Shown here one piece after another: positions 47,960 to 63,000 of a stretch of 64,000 nucleotides of DNA. Position numbers and translations under genes: made by a program. How positions within the stretch are numbered: the first letter of the stretch is position 1; the number at the start of each line of letters is the position of its first letter. The notes beneath the pieces were generated by a model. That model searched no databases and was not told the DNA's origin. It saw only the letters and a list, made by a program, of their open reading frames with translations. Source of the stretch: the human T2T-CHM13v2.0 reference genome, Homo sapiens; assembly GCF_009914755.1 (NCBI RefSeq), contig NC_060935.1; one strand, written 5' to 3'.

Positions 47960-50900
47960 AAAAAATTTTAAATGTTTAATTCTTGTGGGTACATAGTAGG
48001 TGTATATATTTATGTGGTACATGAGATGTTTTGATACAGTCATGCATTGCATAATAATCACATGGAGAATGGGGGTATCCATCCCCTCAAGCATTTATCC
48101 TTTGTGTCACAATCTAATTAGTCTCCTTTGGTTATTTTTAAATCCACAATTAAGTTATTATTGACTACAGTCACTGTGTTGTGCTATCAAATTGTAGATC
48201 TTATTCATTTTTTTTCTATTTTTTTGGTATGCATTAACCAACCACCCCTCCTCCCTCTCTCAACCTACCACTACATTTTCTGGTCTTTGATAGCCATTCT
48301 TCTACTCTCTATGTCCATCGGTTCAATTGTTTTGATTTTTAGATCCTACAAATAAGTGAGAACATGCAATGTTTGTCTTTCTCTGCCTGGCTCATTTCAC
48401 TTAATGACCTCCAGTTCCATCCATGTTGTTGCACATGGTAGGATCTTATTCTTTTTTTATGGCTGAATAGTACTCCATTGTGTATATGTACCACATTGCC
48501 TTTATCCATCCATCTGGATAAAGTGGACACTTAAGTTGCTTCCAAATCTTAACTATTGTGAACAATGCTGCAACAAACATGGGAGTGTATATCTCTTCAA
48601 CATACTGATTTCTTTTGAGTATATACTGAGCAGTGGGATTGCTGGATCACATGGTAGCTCTATTTTTAGTTCTTTAGGGAACTTCCAAACTGTCCCCCAT
48701 AGTGGTTGTACTAACTTATATTCTCACCAACAGGGTATGAGGGTTCTCTTTTCTCCACATTCTCACCAGCATTTGTTATTGCTTGTCTTTGGCAAGTACA
48801 AGCTATTTTAACTCGGGCGAGATGATATCTCATTGTATTTTTTATTTACATTTCTCTGATCTATTTCCATATGCCTGTCTGCCATTTGTATGTCATCTTT
48901 TGAGAAATGTTTATTCAAACCTTTTACCCACTTTTTCTTTTATCAGATTATTAGATTTTTTTGCCTATAAAGTTGTTTGAGTTCTTTATACATTCTGGTG
49001 ATTAACCCCTCATCAGATGGGTAGTTTGTAAATACTTTCTCTCAGTCTTCGGGTTGTCTCTTTCCTTTGTTGATTGGATCCTTTGCTGTGCAGAAGCTTT
49101 GTAACTTGATGTGATCACATTTGTACAATTTTGCTTTGGTTGCCTATGCTTATAGGGCATTGCTCAAGAAATTTCTGCCCAGACCAATGCCCTGGAGATT
49201 TTCCCCAATGTTTTCTTTTAGTTTCATAGTTTGATGTTTTAGATTTAAATTTTTAATCCATTTTGATTTGATTTTTTGTATATGGCAAGAGATAGGGATC
49301 TAGTTTAATTCTTCTGCATATGGATATCCAGTTTCCCAGCACTATTTATGAAAGAGACTGTCTTTTCCCCAGTGTACATTATTGGCACAATTGTTGAAAA
49401 TGAGTTCACTATAGGTGTGTGGATTTGTTTCTGGGTGCTCTATTCTGTTCCATTGATTTTTGTGTCTGTTTTTATGTCACTACCATGCTGTTTTGGTTAC
49501 TATAGCTCTGTAGTATAATTTGAAGTTAGGTAATGTGATTCCTCCACTTTTGTTCTTTTTTGCTTAGGATAGCTTTGGCTATTCTGGGTCTTTTGTGGTT
49601 CTATATAAATGTTAGGATTGTTTTTCCTATTTCTGTGAAGAATGTAATTGGAATTTGGTACGGATTGCAATGAATCTGTAGATTGCTTTAGGTACTATTG
49701 ATATGTTAACAGCATTGATTCTTCCAATCCATGAAAATGGAATATTTTTCCATTTTTGGGGGGTGTCCTCTTTAATTTCTTTCTCTAGTGTTTTATAATT
49801 TTCATTATAGAGATCTTTCACTTCTTTGGTTAATTCCTACATATTTAATTTTGTGTATGGCTATTGTAAATGGGATTACTTTTTAATTTATTTTTCACAT
49901 TGTTTATTGCTGACATATAGAAATGCTACTGATTTAAAATTTTTTTAATTTTTAATTTTTTAATTTCAATAGGTTTTGGGAGAACAGGTGGTGTTTGGTT
50001 ACATGAATAAATTCTTCAGTGATGATTTCTGAGACTTTGGTGCATCCATCACCCGAGCAGTGTACACTGTACCCAATGTGTAGTGTTTTATTCCTCACCA
50101 CCCCCCACCCTTCCCCCGAGTCCTCAAAGTCCAATGTATCATTCTTATGCCTTTGCATCCTCATAGCTTAGCTCCCACATATGAATGAGAACATATGATG
50201 TTTGGTTTTTCATTCATGATTTACTTTACTTAGAATAATAGTCTTTGATTCCATTCTGGTTGCTGTGAATGCCATTATTTAATTCCTTTTTATGGCTGAG
50301 TAGTATTCCATGGCATGTATATACCACATTTTCTTTATCTCCTCGTTGATTGATGGGCATTTTGGGTTGGTTCCATATTTTTGCAATTGCAAATCATGCT
50401 GCTATAAACATGAATGTGCGAGTATCTTTTTTGTATTATGACTTTTTCTCTGGGTAGATACCTAGTAGTGGGATTGCTGAATCAAGCAGTAGATCTACTT
50501 TTACTTCTTTAAGGAATCTTCACACTATTTTTCATAGCAGTTGTACTAGTTTACATTCCCACCAACAGTGTAAACATGTTCCCTTTTTACACCATCCATG
50601 CCAACATCTATTTTTTTTGATTTTTTTGATTATGGCCATTCTTACAGAAGTGAGGTGGTATCGCATTGTGGTTTCGATCTGCATTTCTCTCATCATTGTG
50701 ATGTTGAGCACTTTCCATATGCTTGTCAGTCATTTGCATATCTTCTTTTGAGAATTGTCTATTCATGTCCTTAGCCCACTTTTTGATGGGATTGTTTTTT
50801 TTCTTGCTGATTTGTTTGAGTTCCTTATAGATTCTGGATATTGGTCCTTTGTCAGATATATAGTTTGTGAAGATTTTCTCCCACTCCGGGTTGTCTGTTT

Positions 50901-53325
50901 ACTCTGCTGATTATTTCTTTTGCTCTGCAGAAGCTTTTTAGTTTAATTAAGTCCTATCTATTTACCTTTGTTTTTGTTGTTTTTGCTTTTGGGCTCTTGG
51001 TCTTGAAGTCTTTGCCTGAGCCAATGTCTAGAAGGTTTTTTCTGATGTTATCTTCTAGAATATTTATAGTTTTTAGGTCTTAAATTTAAGGCTTTGATCT
51101 ATCTTGAGTTGATTTTTGTATAAGGTGAGAGAAGAGGATCCAGTTTCATTTCTTCTACCTGTGGCTTGCTAAGTATACCAGCACCATTTATTGAATAGGG
51201 TGTCTTTTCCCCACTTTATATTTTTGTTTGTTTTGTTGAAGATCAGTTGGTGATAAGTTTTTGGCTTTATTTCTGGGTTCTTTATTCTGTTCCATTGGCT
51301 TATGTGCCTATTTTTATACCAGGACCATACTGTTTTGGTGACTATGGCCTTATAGTATAGTGTGAAGTTGGATAATGTGATGCTTCCAGATTTGTTCTTT
51401 TCACTTAGTCTTGCTTTGGCTATGCAAGCCTTTTTGTTTCCATATGAATTTTAGGATTGTTTTTTCTTGTTTTGTGAAGAAGGATGCTAGTGTTTTTATG
51501 GGAATTGCATTGAATTTGAAGATTGTTTTTGGCACTATGGTCATTTTCACAATATTGATTCTGCCCATCCATGAGGATGGGATGTGTTTTCCATCCCACT
51601 GGAAGCACTTGTTTGTGTTATCTATGATTTATTTCAGCAGTGTTTTGTAGTTTTCCTTGTAGAGGTCTTTCATGTCCTTGGCTAGGTATGTTCCTAAGTA
51701 TTTTATTTTTTTTGAATCTATTGTGAAAGGGGTTGAGTTCCTGATTTCTCAGTTTGGTCGCTGTTAGTGTATAGCAGAGCTACTGATTTGTGTACATTAA
51801 TTTTGTATCCTGAAACTTTGCTAAACTCGTTTACCAGTTCTAGAAGTTTTTTGGATGGCCGTTTAGGGTTTTCTAGGTTATACGATTATATCATCAGCAA
51901 ACAGTCACAGTTTGACTTCCTCTTTACCGATCTGGATGCCATTTATTTCTTTCTCTTGTCTGATTGCTGTGGCTAGGACTTCCTGTACTATGTTGAATAG
52001 AAGTGGTGAAAGAGGTCATCCTTGTAGTGTTCTAGTTCTCAGGGGGAATGCTTTGCAACTTTTCCCTGTTCAGTATAATGTGGGCTGTGAGTTTGTCATA
52101 AATGGCTTTTATTACCTTAAGGTGTGTTCCTTCTATACTGATTTTGCTGAGGGTTTTAATTATAAAAGGATGCTGGATTTTGTCAAATCCTTCTTCTACA
52201 CTGATTAGATGATCATGTGACTTTTGCTTCTAATTCTGTTTGTGTGGTGTACTATATTTATTGACTTGCATATGTTAAACAATCTCTGAATCCCTGGTAT
52301 AAAACCCACTTGATCATGGTGAATTACCTTTTTGATATGCTGTTGGATTCAGTTTGCTAGTATTTTGTTGAGGATTTTTGCATCTATATTCCTCAGGGAT
52401 ATTGGCCTGTAGTTTTCTTTTTTTGTTATATCCTTTCCTGGTTTTGATATTAAGGTGATACTGGCTTCATAGAATGAGTTAAGGAGGATTCCCTCTTTCT
52501 CTATCTTGTGGAATATTGTCAATAGAATTGGTACCAATTTTTCTTTGAAAGCCTGATAGAATTCAGCTGTGAATCTCTCTGGTCCTGGACTTTTTTTTCT
52601 CAAGCAGGAGTTTTGCCCCATAGCCACCACAGCTTTATCCGTAATGTGGTAAGTCCCACCTGAAGTCAGCAAGTCTCAGAGGCTCCCCCCAGGCCCTTGA
52701 TGTAGTACCTGCTTATCACTGCTGATAATTCAGGGCCCAAGGGCTTCTCAGTTAGCAGGTGATAAATGTTGCCAGGACTGCATCCTTCCCTTCAAAGCAG
52801 TGGGTTCCCTTCTGGCCAAGGGTGTGTCTAGAAATGTCTGGAAGCTAGGACCTGGAATTGGGGGACTAACAACTCTGACCAATGCCCTCTCCTGCTGTGG
52901 TTGAACTGGTATTCAAGATGAAGACAAAGTCCTCCCCACTCTCCTTTCTCCTCTCCTCAAGCAGAAGAAAGAGCTCTCTTTTGGAGCCACAAGCTATGCA
53001 ACCTGGGTTTAGGGGTTGGGTAATGCCAGCACTTCCTTAGCTGCATGGCTTGTATCTTAGTAGGTCATGTGTTCCCCCAGTTCACTGTCTCTGGGACCAG
53101 TTCAGCACTAGGACTCATCTAAGAGTTTCAGTCCTTATGGCCTAGACTGCCTTTCAAGTTTACTTAGAGACTCAGAACACTTTAGCCCTCTGTGGTGAGG
53201 TTCGCGGGAACTCAAGTTCCGACTGCTGGGATTGGTGATTCCCTTCTGGCTAGGGATAGTTTAAACATTCTCTCTGTGGATGGGCATCAGCTGAATTTGG
53301 CCTGATTTTTCTTTCTTCTCTAACA
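47960..53325 (-). mobile_element. Composite antisense L1 block (L1MA 3' part, L1PB from about 49945, L1 5' region) in intron 3 of the unnamed gene
   Basis: ORF2 fragments such as 52349..52672 (KSPGP...NYRPISL); sequence homologous to OOSP4A intron 3 resumes at about 53328. Confidence 0.85.
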
Positions 53326-54023
53326 AGATTTTGTTAGTGAACTTTCCTTTTCCCGGGCATTCTTTGTTTGTACCTACCACTTCCAACCTGCCCAGTCCCA
53401 AGGCTATCATAGGAACTATTGATTTCTTCTGTGAACATACCACCACTCTGCAGTTGTTGGTCCCAGGGATAAGAATGGCCCAAGAGATTCAAAGTGATTT
53501 TTTCTTCCAAAATGTTCAAACTAAAACAGAGTCAGTTTCTGATTTACCCAGAGTTATAACAATGAAGACTTGCTAATGACCACCATTTTCTCCTCGTTTT
53601 TAAGAACACTTCTGCAATGAGAGAATAATGTAGAAGAGCCTATAGATGCAGAGGTCAGGTAACTTGGCCCATTCTTGGCTCAGTTATTTATGTGGCCCAA
53701 TTACGTATCTGTTGGAATTTTAAATATAGTCTACTTTTGAATAATCGGAGCTATATAAAAGCATAAGTAAATGATTATATTTCTTTTTCAATAACTCAGA
53801 TCAGCTCTGTTCTGTAAAGTCTTCCCTTCCCATACCATTACAACATCTTTTGCCTTTTTCTCCTATGATAAATTAAGCTCAATGAAAACCTCAATTTCAT
53901 ATCAAATTTAATGTTCCCCTCCTTTACTACTGCCTGCCCTGGGTACAAATGATTGGACAAAAAGAAGGCTCAACCTACTCTATAAATACTTTATCTTCTG
54001 CTTTCTTTACTGCCTTGGTGTGT

Positions 54024-54162
54024 TAAGGTAGAGAAAAAGGATAAAAAGAGAGGAAGGATGAGTGTCAACCTGGCACAGTTGCATCCATTTCTATAAGGTA
54101 GAGAAAAAGGATAAAAAGAGAGGAAGGATGAGTGTCAACCTGGCACAGTTGTCATCCATTTC
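54024..54162 (+). repeat. Near-perfect tandem duplication, period 70 bp
   Basis: 54024-54091 is repeated at 54094-54162 with a 1-nt indel. Confidence 0.95.
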
Positions 54163-55106
54163 CAGTAGCTTTGATCAAGTAAGTTTTTACTGTACACTCT
54201 AAATGTTGCTCAGATTTGCTTGGGTCTTTAGGGCTCACTAAAGGCCTAGAGATGCCAATGTGTAGTTTTGATGAGGCAATCTATATAAGGCTTTACTGGC
54301 TCCACCCAGATGTTACTTTTGATACCCTTCCTCAGTCTCTTAACTTGGTTGTTGATCATTGAGCCTCTTATTTCTTGGGGACCCCTACACAGATAATTAG
54401 TAACCTGCACATATAAAGCATTGCTAGTTGCTATACTTCAGAAATAACTCAATCCGGGTATTGGTAGGAAATCACCTGCCAAATGTTGGGGTTGTATGGC
54501 TCTTCCACTCTACTCTTTTTGCTTCTTGGACTTCTCAAATTTTTTTTCTCCGTACTAAAGATGTATATGTGGAAGATACAGCAGCCTACTACATAAGCAG
54601 ATAGCTACTTGGAAGTGAGATGCCAGTCTCCAGTGTAGGTATCCTTGGTGTCTAACTCTTCATTTAAGGCACCTTACTTTGGCTTCACAAAGAAGAGGAG
54701 TATTTCAGTAGACTCCTCACCCACCAGGCCAGGAATGCAAAACAGAATTTCATGATATTCTGTAGACTATAGGGTGACATGTTTAAAGATACCAGATCTG
54801 GTTCAGCAAATCTAAAAGTTTCTGGCATTTGCTACTACTTTGATTTTAGCTCTGGGTCACAATCACTAATTCTGGGGTAATGGAAAGTTCTAACTGACAT
54901 TCCGTTAGAAACTTTTGCTTATCCTTCTGCAAAATAGCAAATTTCCGTTTCAACATAAAATGACTTGATTTGGTGTTCTATCTTTTAAAACCCAAAGAGA
55001 GATGTCTAGTTTATTTCTATTCTCATATTCCCTGCCATTACAAAAATAACAGTAATGTATATACCAGCCTCAAATCCCTGCATATGTTTTTCTCCCTGTT
55101 TTTCAG

Positions 55107-55222
55107 AAAGCCTTCCTCATTTGAACAAAATGTAATACAGAATAATACTGATAAATCTAAGAAAATAGTCCAAACTCAGTATTATCAAGCAGGAAATTGG
55201 GGTATCGAGGAATGTTACTTAG
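55107..55222 (+). CDS. Unnamed OOSP4A-like gene, exon 4 (KPSSFEQNVIQNNTDKSKKIVQTQYYQAGNWGIEECYL)
   Basis: TTTTTCAG acceptor and AG/GTACGT donor; flanking intron sequence is homologous to that around OOSP4A exon 4; open in frame. Confidence 0.72.
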
Positions 55223-56016
55223 GTACGTACTTTGACTTAGTACTCTAAATGTTTTCCAGTATATTAATGGAAAAAAGGTAAGGGTTCAAGGTGACATACA
55301 CCATACATTCTACAACATGTGCCATATAATTCCAGTTTAGGATCATTGTTACCATGCATTTGTGGTGATTAGGGATATATTCTGTCATAGTGTTTCTCAT
55401 TTACTATTTTGAATAAAATGTGGCCAATTTGCAAGAAACAATAGCTATTCATGTTATGAATCCCAATCAACCAAAGAATGAAAATTTGACTACAACATGA
55501 ATATAGAATGGGACTGGAAATTTCCAGGAATTACCATGAAGACAGTAATTGATATGCATGTTAACTCTTGTGTTTTGATCTGCAGGGACAAAATGCCTAC
55601 AAGAGAAGACCCTTCTTGAATGGAAAGTTGAGTCCTAAGACCTATTCATATAGTCTATAGTTCTTGAACTTTAGCATCCTAGAAGATACAGATCTATACA
55701 CTATTATTTCAGGGATCTATTAACCATCTTAAATTGAAATTTGAGATGCTATTATTTAAATTTTATAAATATTTGTTAATAATAGCTATACATAAGTATT
55801 GCATTGACTATACTTGGATCATTACAATATTGTAGTCAATTCTGCAGTTTAAAATTGGGTTTATTATAATATTGTAGTAAATTATGCAGTTTAAAATCAA
55901 TGCCCTCTTTCTCAATCCCTGTATTCCTCCCTAGTTGAGCCACAGTGAAATATCTAAGGTTTTTATGTAAAAGCTTCTAATCAGTACTACTACCTGTTTG
56001 TTTTTCTTCCTTACAG

Positions 56017-56066
56017 GAGCAGCTTTTTCTTTTGTTGGACTATATAATTTTTATTCCCTGAACTAA
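56017..56066 (+). CDS. Unnamed OOSP4A-like gene, exon 5 coding part (GAAFSFVGLYNFYSLN*); total CDS 510 nt, 169 aa
   Basis: CCTTACAG acceptor identical to OOSP4A; TAA at 56064-56066; homologous 3'UTR with AATAAA at 56314-56319. Confidence 0.68.
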
Positions 56067-58929
56067 GCAAAGGAATTAAGCTTTGAATTCTGGTGGTTAA
56101 GGCAACCTTTGTAACCTTGGTCCTCTGATTACCTGAGGATTTTGCACTACCTTTCAGAAGCTGCACTAATGCTGATGGATGCTATCTTTTGCTGTTTTAA
56201 TAATGTTGTTTTAAAAATGAATTTGCTCTATTTTACATGCTTATGAACTCTTTGGATGGGGTAAAAAGGAGCTTCCCCAGACTTTTAAATTTGTAGGGAA
56301 GGCTACTTTTAAAAATAAAGTTTTGAATATTTGAATAGTTATTTCTCTTCTGTGAAGAAAGCTGAAATCCTTACAGGGTATTTTTCTAGGCACCTGTATT
56401 TTGTGAAGGGTAAAGGTGTACTCGTTAACCAACAATCTGGGTGGGGAGACTCGGTAACTATTATACTGTGGTATATAGTTTTTTGATTAATTGCCATTTC
56501 ACTTCTTTCTAATGATATGTATAAAAGTAGATAAAATCAGATTCTCTCTGTAAGGTTGAAAACATTAGACTATTCTATTTCCTACTTCTGGCTTTTCTGT
56601 AGTTTTCTTTTGTTCCTTTTTGTATCACTTTTCTTTTCTATATAGTAGTAATTTCAAGTGAGTTTGAAAATTTGGGTTCATTCACTTTGTGCATATGAAG
56701 GAGCTATTTTTGGGGAAAATAATATTCTAATTGATGTCACAATTTATGACAACTTTGAACCAAAAATGAATCTTGTCTAACTTCTTGTTCATATATCTCA
56801 AAATATTTAAAGTGATGGATTAAGTGGTAAAGTTTGAAAAATCTTGTAAAAAAATCACATGCTTTCAGGTGTTCTCTTGAACCTACATACTTATTTTTCT
56901 CTGGATGTGGAATCAGTTGGCAAAAGTAAGAAGGAAATCATAATTACAGTGTGTTCTTTATTCCTTATACAACGACTGAAGGGAAAGTAACCTCTAGAAT
57001 AAAATCAGGCTCTTTTTGGAAAGCCTGCCCTTTTGTGGACTAAATCAATCCCAGGATGGGACACCTGTCTCATAGTTTTCATACTGCGTGAGACCTGGAA
57101 GCCAGGAAGATTCCAAGGTGGAGGGGGAAGCAAAACACCAGCTAAGTGTCGAGTGACTTTTTTTCCACCTTGCAAATAGGATAAAGATTGAATTCTCTCA
57201 TGAGAAAGTAGATGAAAGTTACAGTCCAGAAATATATCTCAAGTGTGGCTCCCTCTTGGGTAATAGAGTAAATAAATACATTCCCCTAGTGCTAGTCATT
57301 CAGCTCTACTTTCCTGCCTCTATTTTTTGTTTATTTTCTACTTCACCCCCTCTCCCTTTCTAACAAAATACTGACTAGAGGATTCATTGACATACTGTGG
57401 AATATCTCTAACCCTGAATATAAGAACACGGTTTTTAATCTCAATTTATATGAAATTATTTTTTATTTTCCTTCTCTGGGGATTAAATCACTAGAACATC
57501 ATAAGTGATTCATTTCTACCAGATTGAGGACAATTTATTTTAGCTGTTTGAGTTTCAGTAATTCTTTCTGTAAATGAATGTCCTATATTTTAAAAGTTAC
57601 ATATTCCCTACTCGTCTTTCAACCCAAATATTCCTGAGTTAGATCTAGCTTGCTGAAATTCTAGAAAGCCAAAAATTGAACACTTAAAAATTTTAAATAA
57701 AATCAAAAGCAAAAAGAAAATGTCCTATTAGTTTTAGGCACATTAGGCCATCTCTGAAAGACACAGCACCTCCCAAAGCTCATAGACCAAAGGATGATGC
57801 TAAAAATCACATGGGGAATAAAATCAATTTAAAACTTGTAGTAAGAGGCCAGGAAAAATAAGTAGGCACTGGTGGAAGATAACACACTTAGGGTAGGGGG
57901 CAAGCAGGATGGAAGGACCACACTTGCAGCATCCTGGGGTGTATACTGTACATATATCTTGTATCTTTCCCTACTGTATCATCCTTCTCTATTGATTAAT
58001 TATGAGGTTACAAGGACCAGCATTGAGGATTGAGCAAGGCCACAAACAGAAGGTACTCAGAGTCAACAGCACACGTTTGCTCTATCAGAGAAATGCAGTG
58101 GTAAGTGTTACTGGAGTTAGCTATGATATAATTCCAAGAGATGTGTGTGTGTGTGTGTGTGTTTGAGGGGGTTGTAGTGGAACACATGGGGCCAGGATGG
58201 GACCAAACTAGATGTTACTAATTGGTGGGCAATTTGGGGTTACAGAGTTGTCTGGTCAATGATGACATGATGGAAAAATATTTTTCCCCATATTTCCCCT
58301 AATGTTTTTGTATATTTCATCCTGTTTTCTATTTATTTATCCTTCTGGTTAGTATTTCACTCACCTATATTCAATGCATCTTATTCTGCCTGTTTCACTG
58401 GCTTCTTACTTGCTTATGTCACTTCTAATGAGTTTTGACCACTTTGTTTTCTGCTTTTAGAGATAAATATTCTCAAATCACACAGTAAATCTACACTATA
58501 AAAGGTTATTAACTTGTACAGGCTTATCTGTAAACTTGGATGCTAAAGGTCTACAGAATAATAGCAATTGTGATCAAATTTATTTTAATCTTTCCCCCCA
58601 TATTCAGGCTAACTAGATTTCATTTGTGAGAAGAAAAAGACTTAAATGTATAGTCTTAAAGTATTATTCATCTTAGATATCCTGATGGTATAAAGATATC
58701 AAAAAATCAAATAAGGATTACAATAAATAATACAGATCCCCTTCTAAAGAATTATTAGACTATGTGCTCCAAAAGAAAAAATGTAAATGCAAATAAAGTT
58801 AGAGAGCTAAGATATTGGCAAAATTCATTCTTTGGCATAAATTTAGTACTGGAATGTAAAATCTGAAAATCCCAAATTATCATAAAATGTTGGAAAAATG
58901 TGATAAGTTCCCCGCACAAGAATACAGAT

Positions 58930-60090
58930 TGTGTATTAGCTTTGTTTTTCTCACAACGAATTTCCACAAATTTATTGGCTTCAAACAACATTCGTTTATT
59001 GCCTCATAGTTTTCTGGGGTTGGAGTCCAGGCACCAAGTGGCTCATTTAGATTCTCTGGAGTCTCACAAGAGTGAATCAAGTTGTCAGCAGGGCTCTTGG
59101 GTAATTTAAGTTGGCAGAATTCAGTTCCTTGTAATTGGAGAACTGAAATTCCTATTTTCTTGCTGGTCATCGGCTGGGGGTAGTTCTCAGCTTTTAGAGA
59201 ACTCACATGTCTTCCTATATGGATCCTTCTAAAGCAGCAATGACAGGACGAGTTTCTCACACACTTCGATTTCTCTGACAGATCCTTTTCTGAGGCAGTC
59301 TCCCTGGCTGGAAGCAGTCCTTACTGTTAAGGACTCACTCAATTAAATTGGGTTTCTCAGACAATCTGGGATAATCTCTCTATTTTAAAGCCCTTAATCT
59401 TAATTATACCTGCAAAGTACCTAGATTAATGCTTCCTTGAATAAGTCAGGGATAGGAATCTGGAGGAAATAGCTTTAGAATTCTGCCTACCACATACTAA
59501 TTAACTCCAGATGATCATAGAAAAATGGAGGATTCTCCATTTTGAAAATTCAAAGATGTACAGAGAAGATTTAAAAATAGCAGGCCTGAGACTGCTACTC
59601 TTGGGCCTGCTTGCAAGGTTGGCTCTTGGCTACCATGTGGTAATTTGGATTTGGGGAGGGTCCCCTGAACCCTAACTAATAAGAGTAGCTCAGTGTGCCT
59701 AAAACCGTACAAACAATATGTTGTATACCTGCTTTCCTTTTGGGAATCTGCGTTGTGGGTACATGCCAGGAACAGAAGGCTTACCTGACCAGCCCCTAAT
59801 AATAAAACAGACCCTGGATAGTGAGTCTCTAATGACCTTCCTGGATAGACAATACTTCACATGTTGTCACAAATAAGTGTAGGAGGAATTAAGCCCATCC
59901 TGTGTGTCTTCACTGGGAGAGGAATTTTGGAAGCTTGCACCTGGTTTCCTTTGGACATCATTCCATGGACCTTTTCCCTTTGCTGATTTTGCTCTGTATC
60001 CTTTTTCTGTGATAAATCATAGTGGGATATGACTACATGCTGAGTCCTGTGAGTCCCCGTAGGAAACTGCCAGTGATCTTGAAGACTCCC
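58930..60090. mobile_element. MLT1-like LTR (about 58930-59495) and MER21-like LTR (about 59560-60090)
   Basis: Resemblance to consensus from memory. Confidence 0.6.
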
Positions 60091-60099
60091 GCCCTCTTA

Positions 60100-63000
60100 A
60101 AAAGTATATATAAAACTTTCAAAGAAATATATAGGGGACTCACAAGTTGCCAGAGAATTAACCATGTAGAAACAAGGCAAATCTAATAAAACTCAGGTGT
60201 AAGAAGAAAAATTATAATAAATAACATAATGTAGCAGGAATAATCCAAAATTATCACTTATCTTAAAATATGTAAATAGTTTACATAATCCCTATAAGAA
60301 TTTTATAATTAGACTTTTTATAAATGTTATATAATTTTAGGCCAATATATTTGAAAATGAAGATGAATAATACTTTAGGAAAGTATTACAATATAGATTC
60401 AAGATACAGAAAGTCTGAAGAGAGAATTAGAGACCAATTTAGAAGTCGTCACATATTTACAAATAATATATTTGTTAACATATGTTATAAACCAATTTCA
60501 CTAATTGTAAACAAAGATATCTGCATTTCATAAGTAATCTCATAGTCTTAAAAAAATAAGGACAGATAATTCTCTCCAATTTATGATAACTGGCCAGGGC
60601 AATACAGGCACCTAAATTGTTGACCTATATATAAATATATGTATACAAAAATATAGGAAGAGATTCAGAAATATATAATTAGAAAACTAAATGCAGTATC
60701 TTTAAAAATAATCAGGAAAGAATTCAAAGTAATATTAACAGGCATTCTATTAAGGTACTTCAGTATAGTAACAGATTCAAGTGAGAAAAAGAATTTTTCA
60801 TTGCGAGGACATGCTCCAAGTAATTAACCCCTTTAATCATGTGAATTAACACTTCAATCCACACAGCCAGCAACCCCTCTATAGTATATTGACTATTTTT
60901 TTCTGTACAAAGGAAATAACTGCAGCAAATAGAGGTTAAATAACATGTCCTAGATGATACCACTGCTAGGCATAGCTTCAGAACTTTTGCTTTTAACAAC
61001 TATGTTTTACTGCTTCTCCATATTAGAGAAATCTTAGTAGTAAACATGTAAAAGTAAAATAAAATTTGTAGTAATTATTCACCTAATTATAAGAACATAA
61101 ACTAAAACTGTATTAATGTATAGTTTTACCAGAATAGAAATGGTGATGCTGAAACAGGTTTTAGAAATTGACCTATACATAGGTGTATGATTAATTTATG
61201 ATGAAAGAAAGTGTGGATTAGTTCATAAGGCATGTGGACTACACTTTTAGGTACATTTCTACACTCTGCACAAAAATTATGACTTTAAGAGGTAAAAATA
61301 TTTTGAAAATCAGAATATTTATAAAATAAATGACATAAATTATATATAGTATATATTTACAACATAAATATTTATAACATTATAAAGTAAACTGGTATAG
61401 ATGATATTTTCCAAGCAAGAGTCAATATCCAGGAATCATTAAGAAAATATATCTTTATAGTTTTATAACAAAAATTTTGAAGATAAATGACAGAAAACTA
61501 TCACTAAGTATAATTTTAAAAGCTTAATATCCAGATTATAAAAATTATACCTATATAAAAGAATAAACATTTAATATAAAAATAATAAAATGATATAAAT
61601 GATCCACATAGGTGAGTAGTAACCATTTAAAAAACTCAGTCTTGTTAGAAATCAAACAACTCAATAACAAGAAAAATAACCAGTCAAAAAATGGGGAAAA
61701 GACCTGAATAGACATTTCTCAAAAGAAAACATACAAATGGCCAAAAGGAATATGAAAAAAATAACATTACTAAACATCAGAGAAATGCACATTAAAATCA
61801 CAATGAGATGTTAGAATGGCTATTATAAAAAAGATGAAAATTCACAAATCCTGGCAAGAATGTGGAGAAAAGGGAACCCTTACATTCCTATTGGTTGGAA
61901 TATAAGTTAGGACAGCCATTATAAAAAACACTATGGAGGTTCCCCAAAAAACTAAAAACTGAATTACCATGTGATTCAGCCATCCATTTCTGGGTATATA
62001 TGTAAAGGAATTGAAATCAGTATGGTGAGGAGATATCTGCATTCTCATATTCAGTGCAGCAGCATTTACAATGTCCAAGATATGGAATCGACCCAAGTGT
62101 CCATCAATGGATGAATGGATAAAGAAAAATGTGGTACACATGTGCAATGGAATGTTATTCAGCCTTATCAAAGAGGGAAATTCTGTCATTGGTGACAACA
62201 TGGATGAACCTGGATAACATCCTAAGTGAAATAAGCCAGGCACAAAAAGGCAAATACTGTATGATCTCACTTACATGTGATATCTAAAAAAGTCACTCAT
62301 ACAAGTGGAAAATCGAATGGTCATTACCAGAAGCTGGAGAGTGGATGGGAGGGAGAGATGGAGAGATGTCATTCAGTTAGGAAGAATAAGGATTTGAAAT
62401 CTATTGCACAGCATAGTGACTATAGTTAAATAATAATGTATATTTTGGGCTGTTCTTGGAGATCATGGCAGACAGGAGTCAGGGCTAGATTGCAGCTCCA
62501 ACTCACACAGACAGAGCAGTGTGCCGAGGCTTGCATTGTGAATTTTAGTTCCAAATCAACTGCAAGAACAAACCAGCAATCTCAAGAGGACCCACAGGCC
62601 CTCTGAAGGAAGTGGACTGCTCCTGCAGGACACAGGAGACACCCCAAATACTGTGAGTGCTCCAACTGCAGAAGTGGGAGAGGGAAATCTTCCTCTCTTG
62701 AACACACACCCCTGGAGAAACTGAAGGTCTGTTTGCAGGAGAAGTTTCTGACCTTACCTGGAGCTGAGTCAGTTTAGAGAGCCAAGCAAAATATAGGGGT
62801 AGAGGAAGCAGTAGGAAATGCTTTGGGACCTCGCTGGGTCCCCAAGCAGGCCATTCCTGCCTGGCACCACAGGTATCCATCAGGATGGAAGACAGAGAAG
62901 CTGGGGAAAACACCACAGGGAGAAGGAAGTCTCCAGCTGAATTTTGTAACAATTTGAACCAGGCAAGAAGCCTCCTGGCCAGAATTCGGGAAAGGGTGCG

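Noticed and set aside
56195-56201. CPE-like TTTTAAT/TTTTAT motifs in the 3'UTRs
   Set aside because: Plausible for maternal mRNAs but too frequent in AT-rich DNA to call as features.
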